From NCBI GenBank assembly GCA_964019335.1, contig OZ025724.1:397001-461000 (forward strand): a stretch of 64,000 bases of DNA. Direction: 5' to 3'. Below are positions 23,348 to 33,700 of the stretch, piece after piece. The notes below the pieces were generated by a model, which saw nothing but the letters and a program-made list of their open reading frames with translations, made no database searches and was not told the origin of the DNA. Source of the stretch: Diplonema japonicum. Taxonomy: Eukaryota > Protista > Euglenozoa: Diplonemea. The first letter of the stretch is position 1; every line of letters starts with the position of its first letter. The translations under genes were made by a program, and so were the position numbers.

Positions 23348-25102
23348 TTACTGACCCATTCTTATTGGCACAGGCACCCTGCCTGTCAAGATTAAGCTCT
23401 TGAGCTCTTCAGTATGTTTGTTCAAGGTGCAGATGCCGAGTAGTCTTAGGGCCTCCTGTGTCTCGCCTTGGAGGTAGCGTTTCCCTGCCTCATTATAGAG
23501 GGCCCAAGGGTTCTCCTGTATTTCATACATCCACTCCAGTGAAACAGAGGTGTCCATGGAAATTTGAGCTTTGTGCTGATATAGCACTTCATAGAGGTGG
23601 GTGTGCACCGTACTTGTCTTGTAACAAATGGGGAGCAGCACAAGCTTGCACATGACGAGGTGTCCGACTTCTATTTGCACGGTCGCTGTGCACACCAGCG
23701 GCAACTCATTGGCCCGCCCATAGCTCTCTGCATACGACGCGAGCACAACAGCTTGCCCTAAGGATAGGAGCGACATGAGCTCATTACACCCAAAAGGGCC
23801 GGAGTGTACCTCACCACTCGAGACTCCCACATTGACGCTTTGCAGGCTGGTCAGCAGCTCTCCTGCCGCGGCAACTGCGCCCATGCAGTGTCCTGTGCAC
23901 TTCTTTGTCGTGTTGAACGCTCCATGCACGTGGTCGCCTACCACGAGGCTCACCACACCTCTGTGTGTCGCGAAGCTTCTCAAGATCGCCTCGATGTATT
24001 CCTTGTACTCCACACCATATTCCCTTGCGTCCTGCAGCACACGACTGTGTGACTCGTGCATGTTCATCACCACAAACGACGCTCGCCGCCGCTCCACTGT
24101 ACTGAACAAGGGGTTTGGCGGGGCGTAATCTAAGTCAGACAGGCAGCTCAACGGTGTGGGAGGACGCGGCCCAACGTGCTCTTTGAATTCCTTGTCTTCA
24201 GATGCCGCGAAGTGTGACCCTGCTTCGAGGTTGCTCAGTTCGGGCGTACTGTCTTGTAGAAATGACTGCGGGAGGTATGGCCTGTACTGGTGGAGGTTGT
24301 TAAGGATGCTCTTAAAAGCGGACGACAGATCGGGGGGGAGAACAGGGTCAGCAAGGCACTCCTCTGCGGCCTGGAGGTCGAAGTGCGACAGGGTATTGGC
24401 AATCTTCTCTGCAGTGGCAATGGCGTGGGTCATCCTGTTGTGCTCATGCCGCATGCCATGGGCGAAGCCCCTTGTGAGCTTGAAATCGAGCATGAAGACA
24501 CCCAACTGGGATAGCAGTTCAAGGATAGATGTGATGAGGGGCTGGCCACAGGGAGGCTCTTGGCAGTGGGCATAGGAGCGTCTGGTTGCATGATCCTCCA
24601 GAGCTGGGATATCATAGAAGCCTAAACGTGCAGTGCTCTCGATGGCAGTGACGATGAGCCAGACAGTGAGCAGACAGATAAGGTTCTTACTAACACGACC
24701 CGGCACGTCGCACAAGAGGACGACGTCGAGGAGTACCACAAACAAAGGCCACCCACGTGTGCCTCTACCCGTAGCGAGGGCCGTGAGGTCTGTACTGAGG
24801 AATAGCAATGCCCAGCAATACAGGATGCCCTCTAACAAGAGCCTTGGAGCCGACTTTGTCATGAGAATATAAAGCAGCCCCCCAAGACTGAGCATCACCC
24901 CTACCAGCCCGTTCACGTCGTTGATCAGCACCGTGTTCCCACTCCCTAGAGCCAGCGGCAACCGCACTGTTGCCGCTATAGTCACTACTAACGTCACCGC
25001 GTGGTACAGCACCATCACCTCTTTCTGTCTATGCATCTCATGTGTGTCAGCCTCGGTCTTCAGGTAGGTTGACACCCGAGCTATACATTTTGTGGAAAAC
25101 AT
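23348..25102 (-). CDS. Multi-TM receptor with a degenerate class III nucleotide-cyclase-like domain
   Basis: About 6 N-terminal TM helices, 'LHQYRPYLPQS' linker, 'GVVSLVVGDHVHGAFN', 'VNVGVSSG', 'EWMY'. Confidence 0.7.
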   Translation of the reverse strand: MFSTKCIARVSTYLKTEADTHEMHRQKEVMVLYHAVTLVVTIAATVRLPLALGSGNTVLINDVNGLVGVMLSLGGLLYILMTKSAPRLLLEGILYCWALLFLSTDLTALATGRGTRGWPLFVVLLDVVLLCDVPGRVSKNLICLLTVWLIVTAIESTARLGFYDIPALEDHATRRSYAHCQEPPCGQPLITSILELLSQLGVFMLDFKLTRGFAHGMRHEHNRMTHAIATAEKIANTLSHFDLQAAEECLADPVLPPDLSSAFKSILNNLHQYRPYLPQSFLQDSTPELSNLEAGSHFAASEDKEFKEHVGPRPPTPLSCLSDLDYAPPNPLFSTVERRRASFVVMNMHESHSRVLQDAREYGVEYKEYIEAILRSFATHRGVVSLVVGDHVHGAFNTTKKCTGHCMGAVAAAGELLTSLQSVNVGVSSGEVHSGPFGCNELMSLLSLGQAVVLASYAESYGRANELPLVCTATVQIEVGHLVMCKLVLLPICYKTSTVHTHLYEVLYQHKAQISMDTSVSLEWMYEIQENPWALYNEAGKRYLQGETQEALRLLGICTLNKHTEELKSLILTGRVPVPIRMGQ

Positions 25103-25336
25103 GTCACCTGCAAGTTACTGGGTGCAAATGGAGCGTGAGGGGGAATAGTCATGTGCACAGTGAAGCGCAAAAGGAAGATACAAGAACTTACTGGACAGCA
25201 GTGGTGTACGTACTTATCACTCACGACTAGGTTGTGCCTGACTAATGCTTGTCTTACTCTTCGCGGTATTCTTTGTCGCTAGCTTCGTTGAGGTACAAGA
25301 GGCCTGGAGGACCGGGGAGACGAGAGGAAACTTGAT

Positions 25337-25575
25337 CTACTCATCACCGCTATCATCCAGCTTTGCATCCCCGCAGGTGCAGCAGCAGCAGCAGCCAGTG
25401 TTCCGAGCTGGCAGCTTTTGAGCCATTCGTCAATGGTTCATTCGGCGATTCAAAATGTCAATGAAGAACACCACTGTATGCAGTTGAGGGTACTCTCAGA
25501 ATCGATCTTCATGGAGCCACGGCTCGTCCTTGTGTGTCAGCATGGAACCCCTTCAATGTACTTCTTCGCCATCAC
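25337..25575 (-). pseudogene. Decayed paralog of the selenoprotein gene (3' part)
   Basis: Blocks match 13516-13893 (e.g. ccccgcaggtgcagcagcagcag, ggaaccccttcaatgtacttcttcgccatcac) with deletions. Confidence 0.8.
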
Positions 25576-26164
25576 TTTACCTCACGATTGGGCATCTGCC
25601 TTTTTTTTTTTTTTTTTTTTTTATATAACTCCAGTCAGATTTTCAAGGGTGGGAGTGAATATAATATTTCACATTATTTCACGCTTCACTTTATTTTCAT
25701 TGCAGATTTCAGGCTTGTTTTAGGAAGAAAACAGGGGCAGAAATGAAAATTACTTTATGAGTGAATATAAAGTACTTTATATTCACGCTTGCCCTATTTT
25801 CACTGCACAGCAAGGGGTTGGGGGCGCAAACACGGAAAAGAAATCACCTAAGTGGTTACCACACAGGCCTCTTGTTTTGGAAACCCCGGTTCGAATCTGG
25901 GAATCTCACTTTTTACGTCACTCAAGGATCTGGTCACCTCTCTCAACAGAAGGGGAGAGAGGTGGGCTTGGCAACCCAGGCAACAGCCTCACAGGTCCAG
26001 ACCGAGGTCCTGTCAGCACTCATGGACGCACAGCCCGCACCACACAGGATATGCCTTGACAATCAATATCAACCATAAGCACCCCCAGTAAAATTTTAAC
26101 TTGTAACTTGTAACCTGTAATACCCCACCCTTTCAAATCTGACTGACGTTAAATAAAACAACGG

Positions 26165-26313
26165 ATTTAGTGAAAATAGATCCGATTTTCACTTGTGGTG
26201 GCATGTTTAACTCGTTGATGTTACTTCACTCGCTTCGCTCGTGAAGTCATATACCCACTCGTTAAACCACTGCCACCACGCGTGAAAATCATACGATCTT
26301 ATTTTCACTAAAT
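26165..26313. repeat. About 150-bp foldback palindrome / MITE-like element
   Basis: Arms atttagtgaaaata/tattttcactaaat, gattttcac/gtgaaaatc, gtggtggca/tgccaccac, acttcac/gtgaagt around the apex tcgcttcgctc. Confidence 0.8.
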
Positions 26314-26318
26314 AAATA

Positions 26319-27939
26319 CTGTAAACGAAAAACTCCCGGACGGAAAAATGTCCGAGTTTTTTTGGCGTCCGGGAATTTTTCCGTCCGGGAGTTTTTCCGT
26401 CCGGGAATTTTTTTTAGGTAAGGCCGTCAGGGGGCCTGGTCCACTACCACCTACATACTGGCCTGGGCTGCAAACGGCAACCGTGCGAAGAAACCCCCAG
26501 GGTTCCCTTTCTGCATCTTTGTCCTGAGGCAATCAGCTTGTCGAGCCTTCGTGTGGCCTACTACCTTTCTTAATAGATGCTTTACAGCTGCGTTCAACCC
26601 AATATCCATCGGTTGAACCATGTAGGTGAGCCCAGGGGGACAAAAGCAATGTGCACGTTTGCGCCTGCGAACCACTCTACGAACCCATAGGCATAGGTCG
26701 TATGAGAGTTGTGGTCGCCGACAAGCAGCAGAATCGGCCCGTTCGGCAAAACCATGGGAATCGATGATTTATAGCAAAAAGGAAGAAACAGCTCCGTAAC
26801 CCAGATACCGAGTATAATAATTAGCCCAATGATTGGGCGATGCCGTTAGGCTCCATTCGGTGGGCGGGTGCTTGACCGGGGCACGGATAATCCCTGCCGG
26901 TTGCGTTTCCGCTTTGCCTTTGTATTTAACCATCCAGCCAAGGAAACAGCCAGCTGTTCGGTTATAGCCCGTTTTGTCCCCCAAGCCATGGACTTTTACG
27001 ACCTTAGCACCCCTTTTTGTTTTGGTTTTTAACCCCGTATTCCAGACCAATTCCGGCCTTACTTTATGGGTGTCGATTATGGACCTGAATTCCATGATGA
27101 AACAGCGTGCCTTCTCGTTGTCCTTCTCGTTTCCGGGCTTTCCGGAGGTGGCTTGCGGCTTTTGTCTTTCTTGCTGCAAAATTTTGTCAGCCTAGCCAGT
27201 GGAAAAGGACAGTGCCCCACCAAAGTCTACCAGGTCTGTCTTTCGGGCTGGATTGGCGCACAGCAGCCCTTCTGCATAGGTGCATATTTGTTGTGCTGGG
27301 ATAGGCTCACCAAGCCCGTTTACCTATCGACTCAAGTAAAAATCTTTCAGCCCCCGAAGGATGCTAAATCCCGTATTGGGCGATACGCGCTATCACGGCG
27401 TCGCGGCGGCCAGGGTGTGGTAGGGTGGAATAGCAACGTCCAGTATTTCCGTCTGGAAGAAACCGGGGGCTCTGTTGAACCTGTTGCTGCCGTCTTCTGA
27501 CCGAGGCAGAGGCCGCCAAGCTGCTTTCGGGGGTTTGTACTGGCCCGGTGTAAGGAGTTTATCTCGGGGGTGAGCTGGCCGGGGGTGTCAGCACCAAAGT
27601 TGGGCCCCTCACAAGCCAGCTGCTCAACGTGCCTTGGGTAGTCGAACTGGTCAATCTGACGAAAGAAGTACGGGTTTATGAGAAGTTAAAGATCCCGTGG
27701 GTGCTGTTTGTTGGTGCATTGAAAGGGGAAGAAAAATTCAAACTGCCACGCAGGGTGACATTTTGGCTCTGCACAAGGAATAAAGCCCTTCCAGGCAAAC
27801 GTGGTGGGAGCTGCTACCCCCCTTAAGTAAAAAACTTCTTCCCAGAAAAACTCCCGGACGGAAAAATGTCCGGGTTTTTTTGGTGTCCGGGAGTTTTTCT
27901 GTCCGAGAATTTTTCCGTCCGACATTATTCGTTTTACAG
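26319..27939 (-). mobile_element. Degenerate pogo/Tc2-like DNA transposon, related to 5816-7367
   Basis: TA flanks 26317-18 and 27940-41; CTGTAAA termini with TCCGG subrepeats; remnants 'RPELVWNT..KRGAKVVKV', 'WSLTASPNHWA', 'PPGLTYMVQPMD'. Confidence 0.85.
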
Positions 27940-27943
27940 TAGT

Positions 27944-27983
<40 letters not shown>

Positions 27984-28617
27984 CACCCCTTTCTCCTGAG
28001 GTTCCCCCTTTTTTGTTGCTAGTTTCATGTGGGAGAAATCGAGATAAGAACAAGCAGGGGGACGGATGTCAAGAGATTGTCAAGAAAAGAAACAAAAGAT
28101 AAAAAGAAGAACAAACAAAGAGCAATGTGACGCGTGAAATAAAGGGGGAGAGGGGGGGGGGGGGGGGGGGGGGGGTGAGAGGAGACAAGACGCCTTCAGG
28201 CTTCGGAGGAACGTCACGAAGAAAAAAGATCAGAACGTTATTTGCTTCCCAACCACGATGAACGATGGACACAATGCACAGAGAAGCCCCCAAGAGACCC
28301 AAGGGTTTGGGACGTAAGGGTTGGGGGAGGGGGGAGGGTGGTGACCCAGCAAGCCTTGTGTGTGGGAAGAACACACAGGAAGTAGGGACACCACAAGATA
28401 TTAAGAGAGAGCCAGTGCAGGGGAGAAAAAGGAGAGAGAAACTCATCACCTTTGCTGATGCATGCAGCACGTGTGACTCAATCACATCACATTCTGGTGT
28501 GTTTTTTTTTTTTTTTTTTTTCTTTTTGTTAAATATCAGAGCATGTTCATCTCACTTTCCTTTCCTTATCTTTTCTTTCTTGTTTTGCTTTCTCTTTTTT
28601 TTTTTTTTTTTTTTTTT

Positions 28618-28784
28618 GTTACAAATATTTATCTTTCAAAAAATGATTTTATAACTATATGCAACTTGTGCCGAGCAAAAAACTTTCGCAGCTTTTTAAA
28701 AATCTTTTTTGCTCGTGCGAACAACAAAAAAGTAAAATGCCGCCGAAGACTGCCAAAGCGGGTGGAGAGAGGGTTGGATCACCC
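28618..28784 (+). mobile_element. Solo 5' fragment of the VIPER/TATE-like element (duplicate of 15211-15377)
   Basis: Appears identical to 15211-15377. Confidence 0.75.
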
Positions 28785-28822
28785 GCGAACAACAAAGACA
28801 TATAGTCATAAAGAATTATTAT

Positions 28823-28868
<46 letters not shown>

Positions 28869-28874
<6 letters not shown>

Positions 28875-30605
28875 CTCAACACCTGCGATGCCTGCTGCCT
28901 TGTCCCTTGCGATCTGGGCAACCTTCTTCACAGCGGCCTTGAAGGCTGGACCCCTCTCTGTGTAGTAGGCTTCGAGGGCGGCCTCCATGTCGAAGGGAGG
29001 CAGGTCGCTCTTGGAGACGATGGGGAGGCTGAGGTAGGAGGACTTGATGTGCACCGTGTTCTGGGCCAACAGCTGCTTCCCCTCGAAGTCTTCCGTGAGG
29101 GGGAGCCCGTTGTTCGGGTTGGGCTGGAAGCGTGGGGCGTTCGACGATGACACTGAGAGGCGCACCCTGTGGCCCTTCGGGATGATGTACGAGGTGTTCC
29201 ACATGCTGATCTCCACACCGTACACGGTCCCAGGAACCATCGGCTTCGGCGCCACCCCTCCTGTCGTCCCGTCCCTCCACCTCATCCGTGCGATCCCGTC
29301 GTTGATGAGCAGAGCCCGCCCGTCTGGGTACAGGTGCGTCAGCTTCGCCGTGAAGTCCGTGTCTGTCGCGTTGCTCTCCACCTCCAGCCAGGCCCGCAGG
29401 GGCCCCGTCATCACCAGGTCCTCCCCCAGAGGGCTCGACGCGAACACCAGAACATCCGTCCGGTTCTGCTCCACCACCCGCTGGTCCATCGCCCCACACT
29501 TGATCATCAGGTTGTTGCCCCCTCGTGTCTCCACAGGCCTCGACGGGTCGTACACATAGGAAAGTGGCGCCTCCTCTGTAGCCTGCTGCTCCGACAGCAC
29601 CCCTCCACTCCTCAAATAGTACTTCCTCTCCGTGAAGGACGGGAACCTCTCCACAGTGCTCCAGTAGTTCCCAGGCCCGCTCTTGTCCATGCCCCCAGAT
29701 GAGTCCGCCGACCCCAGCACGAACAGCGTGATGCCCCTGATCAGTTCGGGTACCTTCCCCCCTGCGAAGGTGTCAAGTGCCATGGCAGCTGCCAGTTCCG
29801 ACTGAGAGCTCGCAGAATCGTACACAGGACAGCCCCAGATTTGGCAGTGTCCACAAGGACCTACCACCATGTAAGTCTTGCTGGGCCCTTCATTGTAACA
29901 GTCGTAGGCTGCCAGGTTGCCTTGCAAAAAGATGTCGTACCACCCAGCTTGGAGTATGGCAGGGAAGTCAACCAGATCAGCACACTTCCCTGTCATGTTC
30001 ACGGGGTTCCACCACTCTCCTGGGAATTCATTTGCACGTGCTTCATGTCTCAAAGCTGGGAACTGCCTGGGGAAGATCGCAGCAAGCCAGCCATTCGTGA
30101 GGGCGTCTCTGAAGGCCCCACCGGGGAACACAAAGTTATGAGGCAGCACTGATGCCCACATGACGAACTGCTTCTTCAGCCACTGTGGCTTGTCCATCAC
30201 GGAGAAGAAAGAGCCCAGTCCGTCCGAGGAGACACCTGTTTGGTAGACGTCGCCGTTGGCCCAAGGCTGGCCTGCCAACCACCTGAAAGAGTCGTAGCTG
30301 TCATTACCTGAGGTCCTCCACAAGGAGAAGTCCTGACCTTTCGAGTCGCCACTCCCACGCATGTCTTGCCTCACTGCACAGTAGTCGGGGCCCAGTGCCT
30401 CCTTCATCGCCACTACGATCTCCTCTGTCCCATGGTGCGTGTAGGTGCTCGTCTCGAAAAGGATTGTCTTCTTCGTGCTCCCCTTGTCCAGGTCGCAGTT
30501 GATCCACGTCGACAGGTTGAACCCATCACGCATCGTGATCATCACCTTCTGCTCCTCGCATAATGCTGTGCACAGCAGCGCAGCCACAGCGGTCGCTCGC
30601 AACAT
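28869..30605 (-). CDS. Secreted CocE/NonD family serine hydrolase, copy 2
   Basis: ATG at 30605, 578 aa; matches copy 1 except for a central divergent block. Confidence 0.9.
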
Positions 30606-30761
30606 TTTCACTTCGTTTACAATCAACTGTCAATAGGAGGTGAACATCCATATGTACAAAGAAAAAAAAACCCAAGAAATGCTTAAAAAGAAAACTGAAA
30701 CATAGTCAGTTAGCTATAGGAACACATGACACATAAGTAGTGAACCCTGAAATGTTAACTT

Positions 30762-33700
30762 TTATCCAGGACCTTCTACTAAATAGTTGGTGTTCTGGAA
30801 AGGTGGATAACCACACTCGGTATTCGGTTGTAGCCCATGGTTTTGAGCTGGTTGGGACACTTCTGGTGGCTGGGAGAACCCAGGTTGGTACTGTGGCATG
30901 TACCCTACTGGATATACTCCCTGCTGTGTATAGCTCTGGGGTTGGTCAACTGGAAGCGGCTGCCCGGATACAGGTGACATGTGCTGTGGAACTGATGGCG
31001 AAGTTGGGTCCTGGTGCTGTGGCGTGTACTCAGCTGGATATACTTCCTGCTGTGTATAATTTTGTGACTGGTTCAGCGGAATAGCTTCCTGATAATGCGT
31101 ATAACTTTGCGGATATACTCCCTGCTGTGTATAGCTCTGGGGTTGGTCAACTGGAAGCGGCTGCCCGGATACAGGTGACACGTGCTGTGGAACTGATGGC
31201 GAAGTTGGGTCCTGGTGCTGTGGCGTGTACTCAGCTGGATATACTTCCTGCTGTGTATAATTTTGTGACTGGTTCAGCGGAATAGCTTCCTGATAATGCG
31301 TATAACTTTGCGGATATACTGTTGGTATGTGCTGCTCCAATAGTTCGACACGGTGTGTGAGCTGCTTGACGATGTCTTCCCATTGCTTATCTCTCTTCAT
31401 CAGCAGTTCAATGGCAGCGCGTGTGTCTGATACTTGTGAATCGATAGTTGGTTGACCATGCTCCACGGACTGCCAGTTGCCGAGATGCGGGTTTACTTGG
31501 TGTGCAATGCTAGGAAAGTGCGATGCATCAACTTGTGTCTGTGGAGATGTACCAGTAGCACGAACGTTCACGTGTGGAGGGTTTAGTTGTGGGTGCACGT
31601 CGGGAGGGGCTCTTACTTTTTTAATTTTCCTCATTACAGGTGTGTGCTCCACATCTGTGACTTGATATTGTGCAGTGGCCACTGGCAAGGTCTCACGTGT
31701 TAGGCCGCCTGCCGAAGACTGTGCTGTAGTTGCCATTGGTGTCAAGTTGCTTGCAGAACCGGCCGAAAGAGGTACTGAGGGATCCATGCTGGCAGTATTT
31801 GAGAGCAAATCGGGAACTGGGGATCGTGCTGCCTGAACTGGAAGCGTTTGCCCATTGGATACAGGTGGCACGTGCTGTGGAACTACACTGGATGTCGAAG
31901 TTGAGCTTGGCGCCACCGCTGCCGTTGTTTGGGACATTGTTGGGACAGAGGTGGGAATTGCCGTCCGTGTGAGGGTGTCAGAAACTGCTGATGTGGGTGG
32001 CGTAGCTGTAGTTTGCATTCTTACTAGTGCCGAAGTAAGGGGCTGTGTTGGAGCAACTGTGGAAGGTGCCAACGTGTCGGGGGACTGTGTTGCGGGGGTT
32101 GTTGGAGCGACTGTGGAAGGTGCCAGGGTGTTAGGGGACGGTGTTGCAAGCGCATTGACGTAGGGGAAGGGTGCTGCTGGGGCTGCCGTTGATGACAAGG
32201 GTGTCGGCGGAGCTAGAGGCTCTGTAGGTGAGTCAAATACATAATCCATAGATCTGAGCTGGCTCCTTGTGACCTCCCGAAGTTTACTATTTGACGCGTT
32301 GACTGCTGCACTCGGAAGTGCTTCAGTTGCTGAGACATTGGGTTCAGCTGCCATAGTCACTGTCGTATGTACACTCTCTGCAGCTTCGGGGATCGTCTCC
32401 TCTCTTTTACTTGGAGAGAGCCCGGCTGATTTCTGCAAGTTCTCCGCCGTGTTGTCCGGTTCAAAAAAATCTAAAACCTTTTTCCCCTTTTTCTTCTTCT
32501 TCGTCCCACTCTGTTCAACACCACCAGTAACGATCTTTGTGTCAAGGATCGTCTCTTCTCTTTTACTTGCCGGAGAAGGCCCGGCTGATTCCTGCAAGTT
32601 CTCCGCCTCGTTGTCTGGCTCAAAAATATCTAAAACCTTTTTCCCCTTTTTCTTCTTCTTCGTCCCACTCTGTTCAACACCACCAGTAACGATCTTTGTG
32701 TCAACTCTTGTTGGGGATGGTTGTTCCTCTACTATCCTGGCACGCTCCCTGTCTCCACATGACTCACCCCACATGTCTAAAACTGCCTGCACCGCTTGGT
32801 CGCATGTGTCCTCGCTTGTGTAGTAACTGCAGTATTGCTTCGCGGCTTCCGGCTCGAGCATCTTGACTACTTCTATTTTGAACTTCTGTTCAACTCTACT
32901 GTGCCGCTCTACGTACAGCAGCATTTCGCCATGCTGCCAAAGCTCTTTCCTGTCGCTTCCAATTGTGACCTCGAACATTTTATTAAACGTATCGCCTGCA
33001 TAGACACTGTATGGTTCGGTCCATTCGTTCTGCTTTTTTTCGTAGTCGGCAAAAGAAACCGTAATACGTTTGACGTCGCCTAAAGTGATAGCAGATGAAT
33101 ACAGGGCATCGATATTCGGTCCTTCGAATGTGTCCTCTTTCTGCACTTCCACATTTTCGGGAAGAGTTGCCGGGTGCCAGAACCCATCCCCAGAGGTACA
33201 TTTGTGGTGATAGCTCATCATATATGTCGGGTGTCTTAAGCTCGCCAGCCGCAGCATGTCCATGTGTGGAACCGGCACCCCGTTGGTGTGGTGCACAGGC
33301 TTCTCGTCATCGAAGTTGTAAAGCAGCTCTGGCTTCACGTCAGGGCTGCCTGGTTTAGTGTGCAGGTAGATCTTCTTCTGATGCACAGGATACCCCTTTG
33401 GTCTGGGCGGGTCGACATCTTCGTCGAACTTGTCACTTAAGTACATTCTCAGCTTCCTGCTGACGAACATACCTGCATCGATGTAATCGGCCCATTTTTT
33501 CTCCAAGTGTGCTTTGAAGGCTTCTTCTAGCTGGCACTCTTTAATTGCTTTAAACGCTTTTTTGGCATAACTTTTTAGTTTTATACATTCCTCGCATTTG
33601 AAGATTCTGATATTAGGTTCATAGTATTCTGCAGTTTTTGGTTCCTTCTGGGCACATCCTTCACATCTCATGTTTTCCAGAACACTGAGTTTGTACTTCG

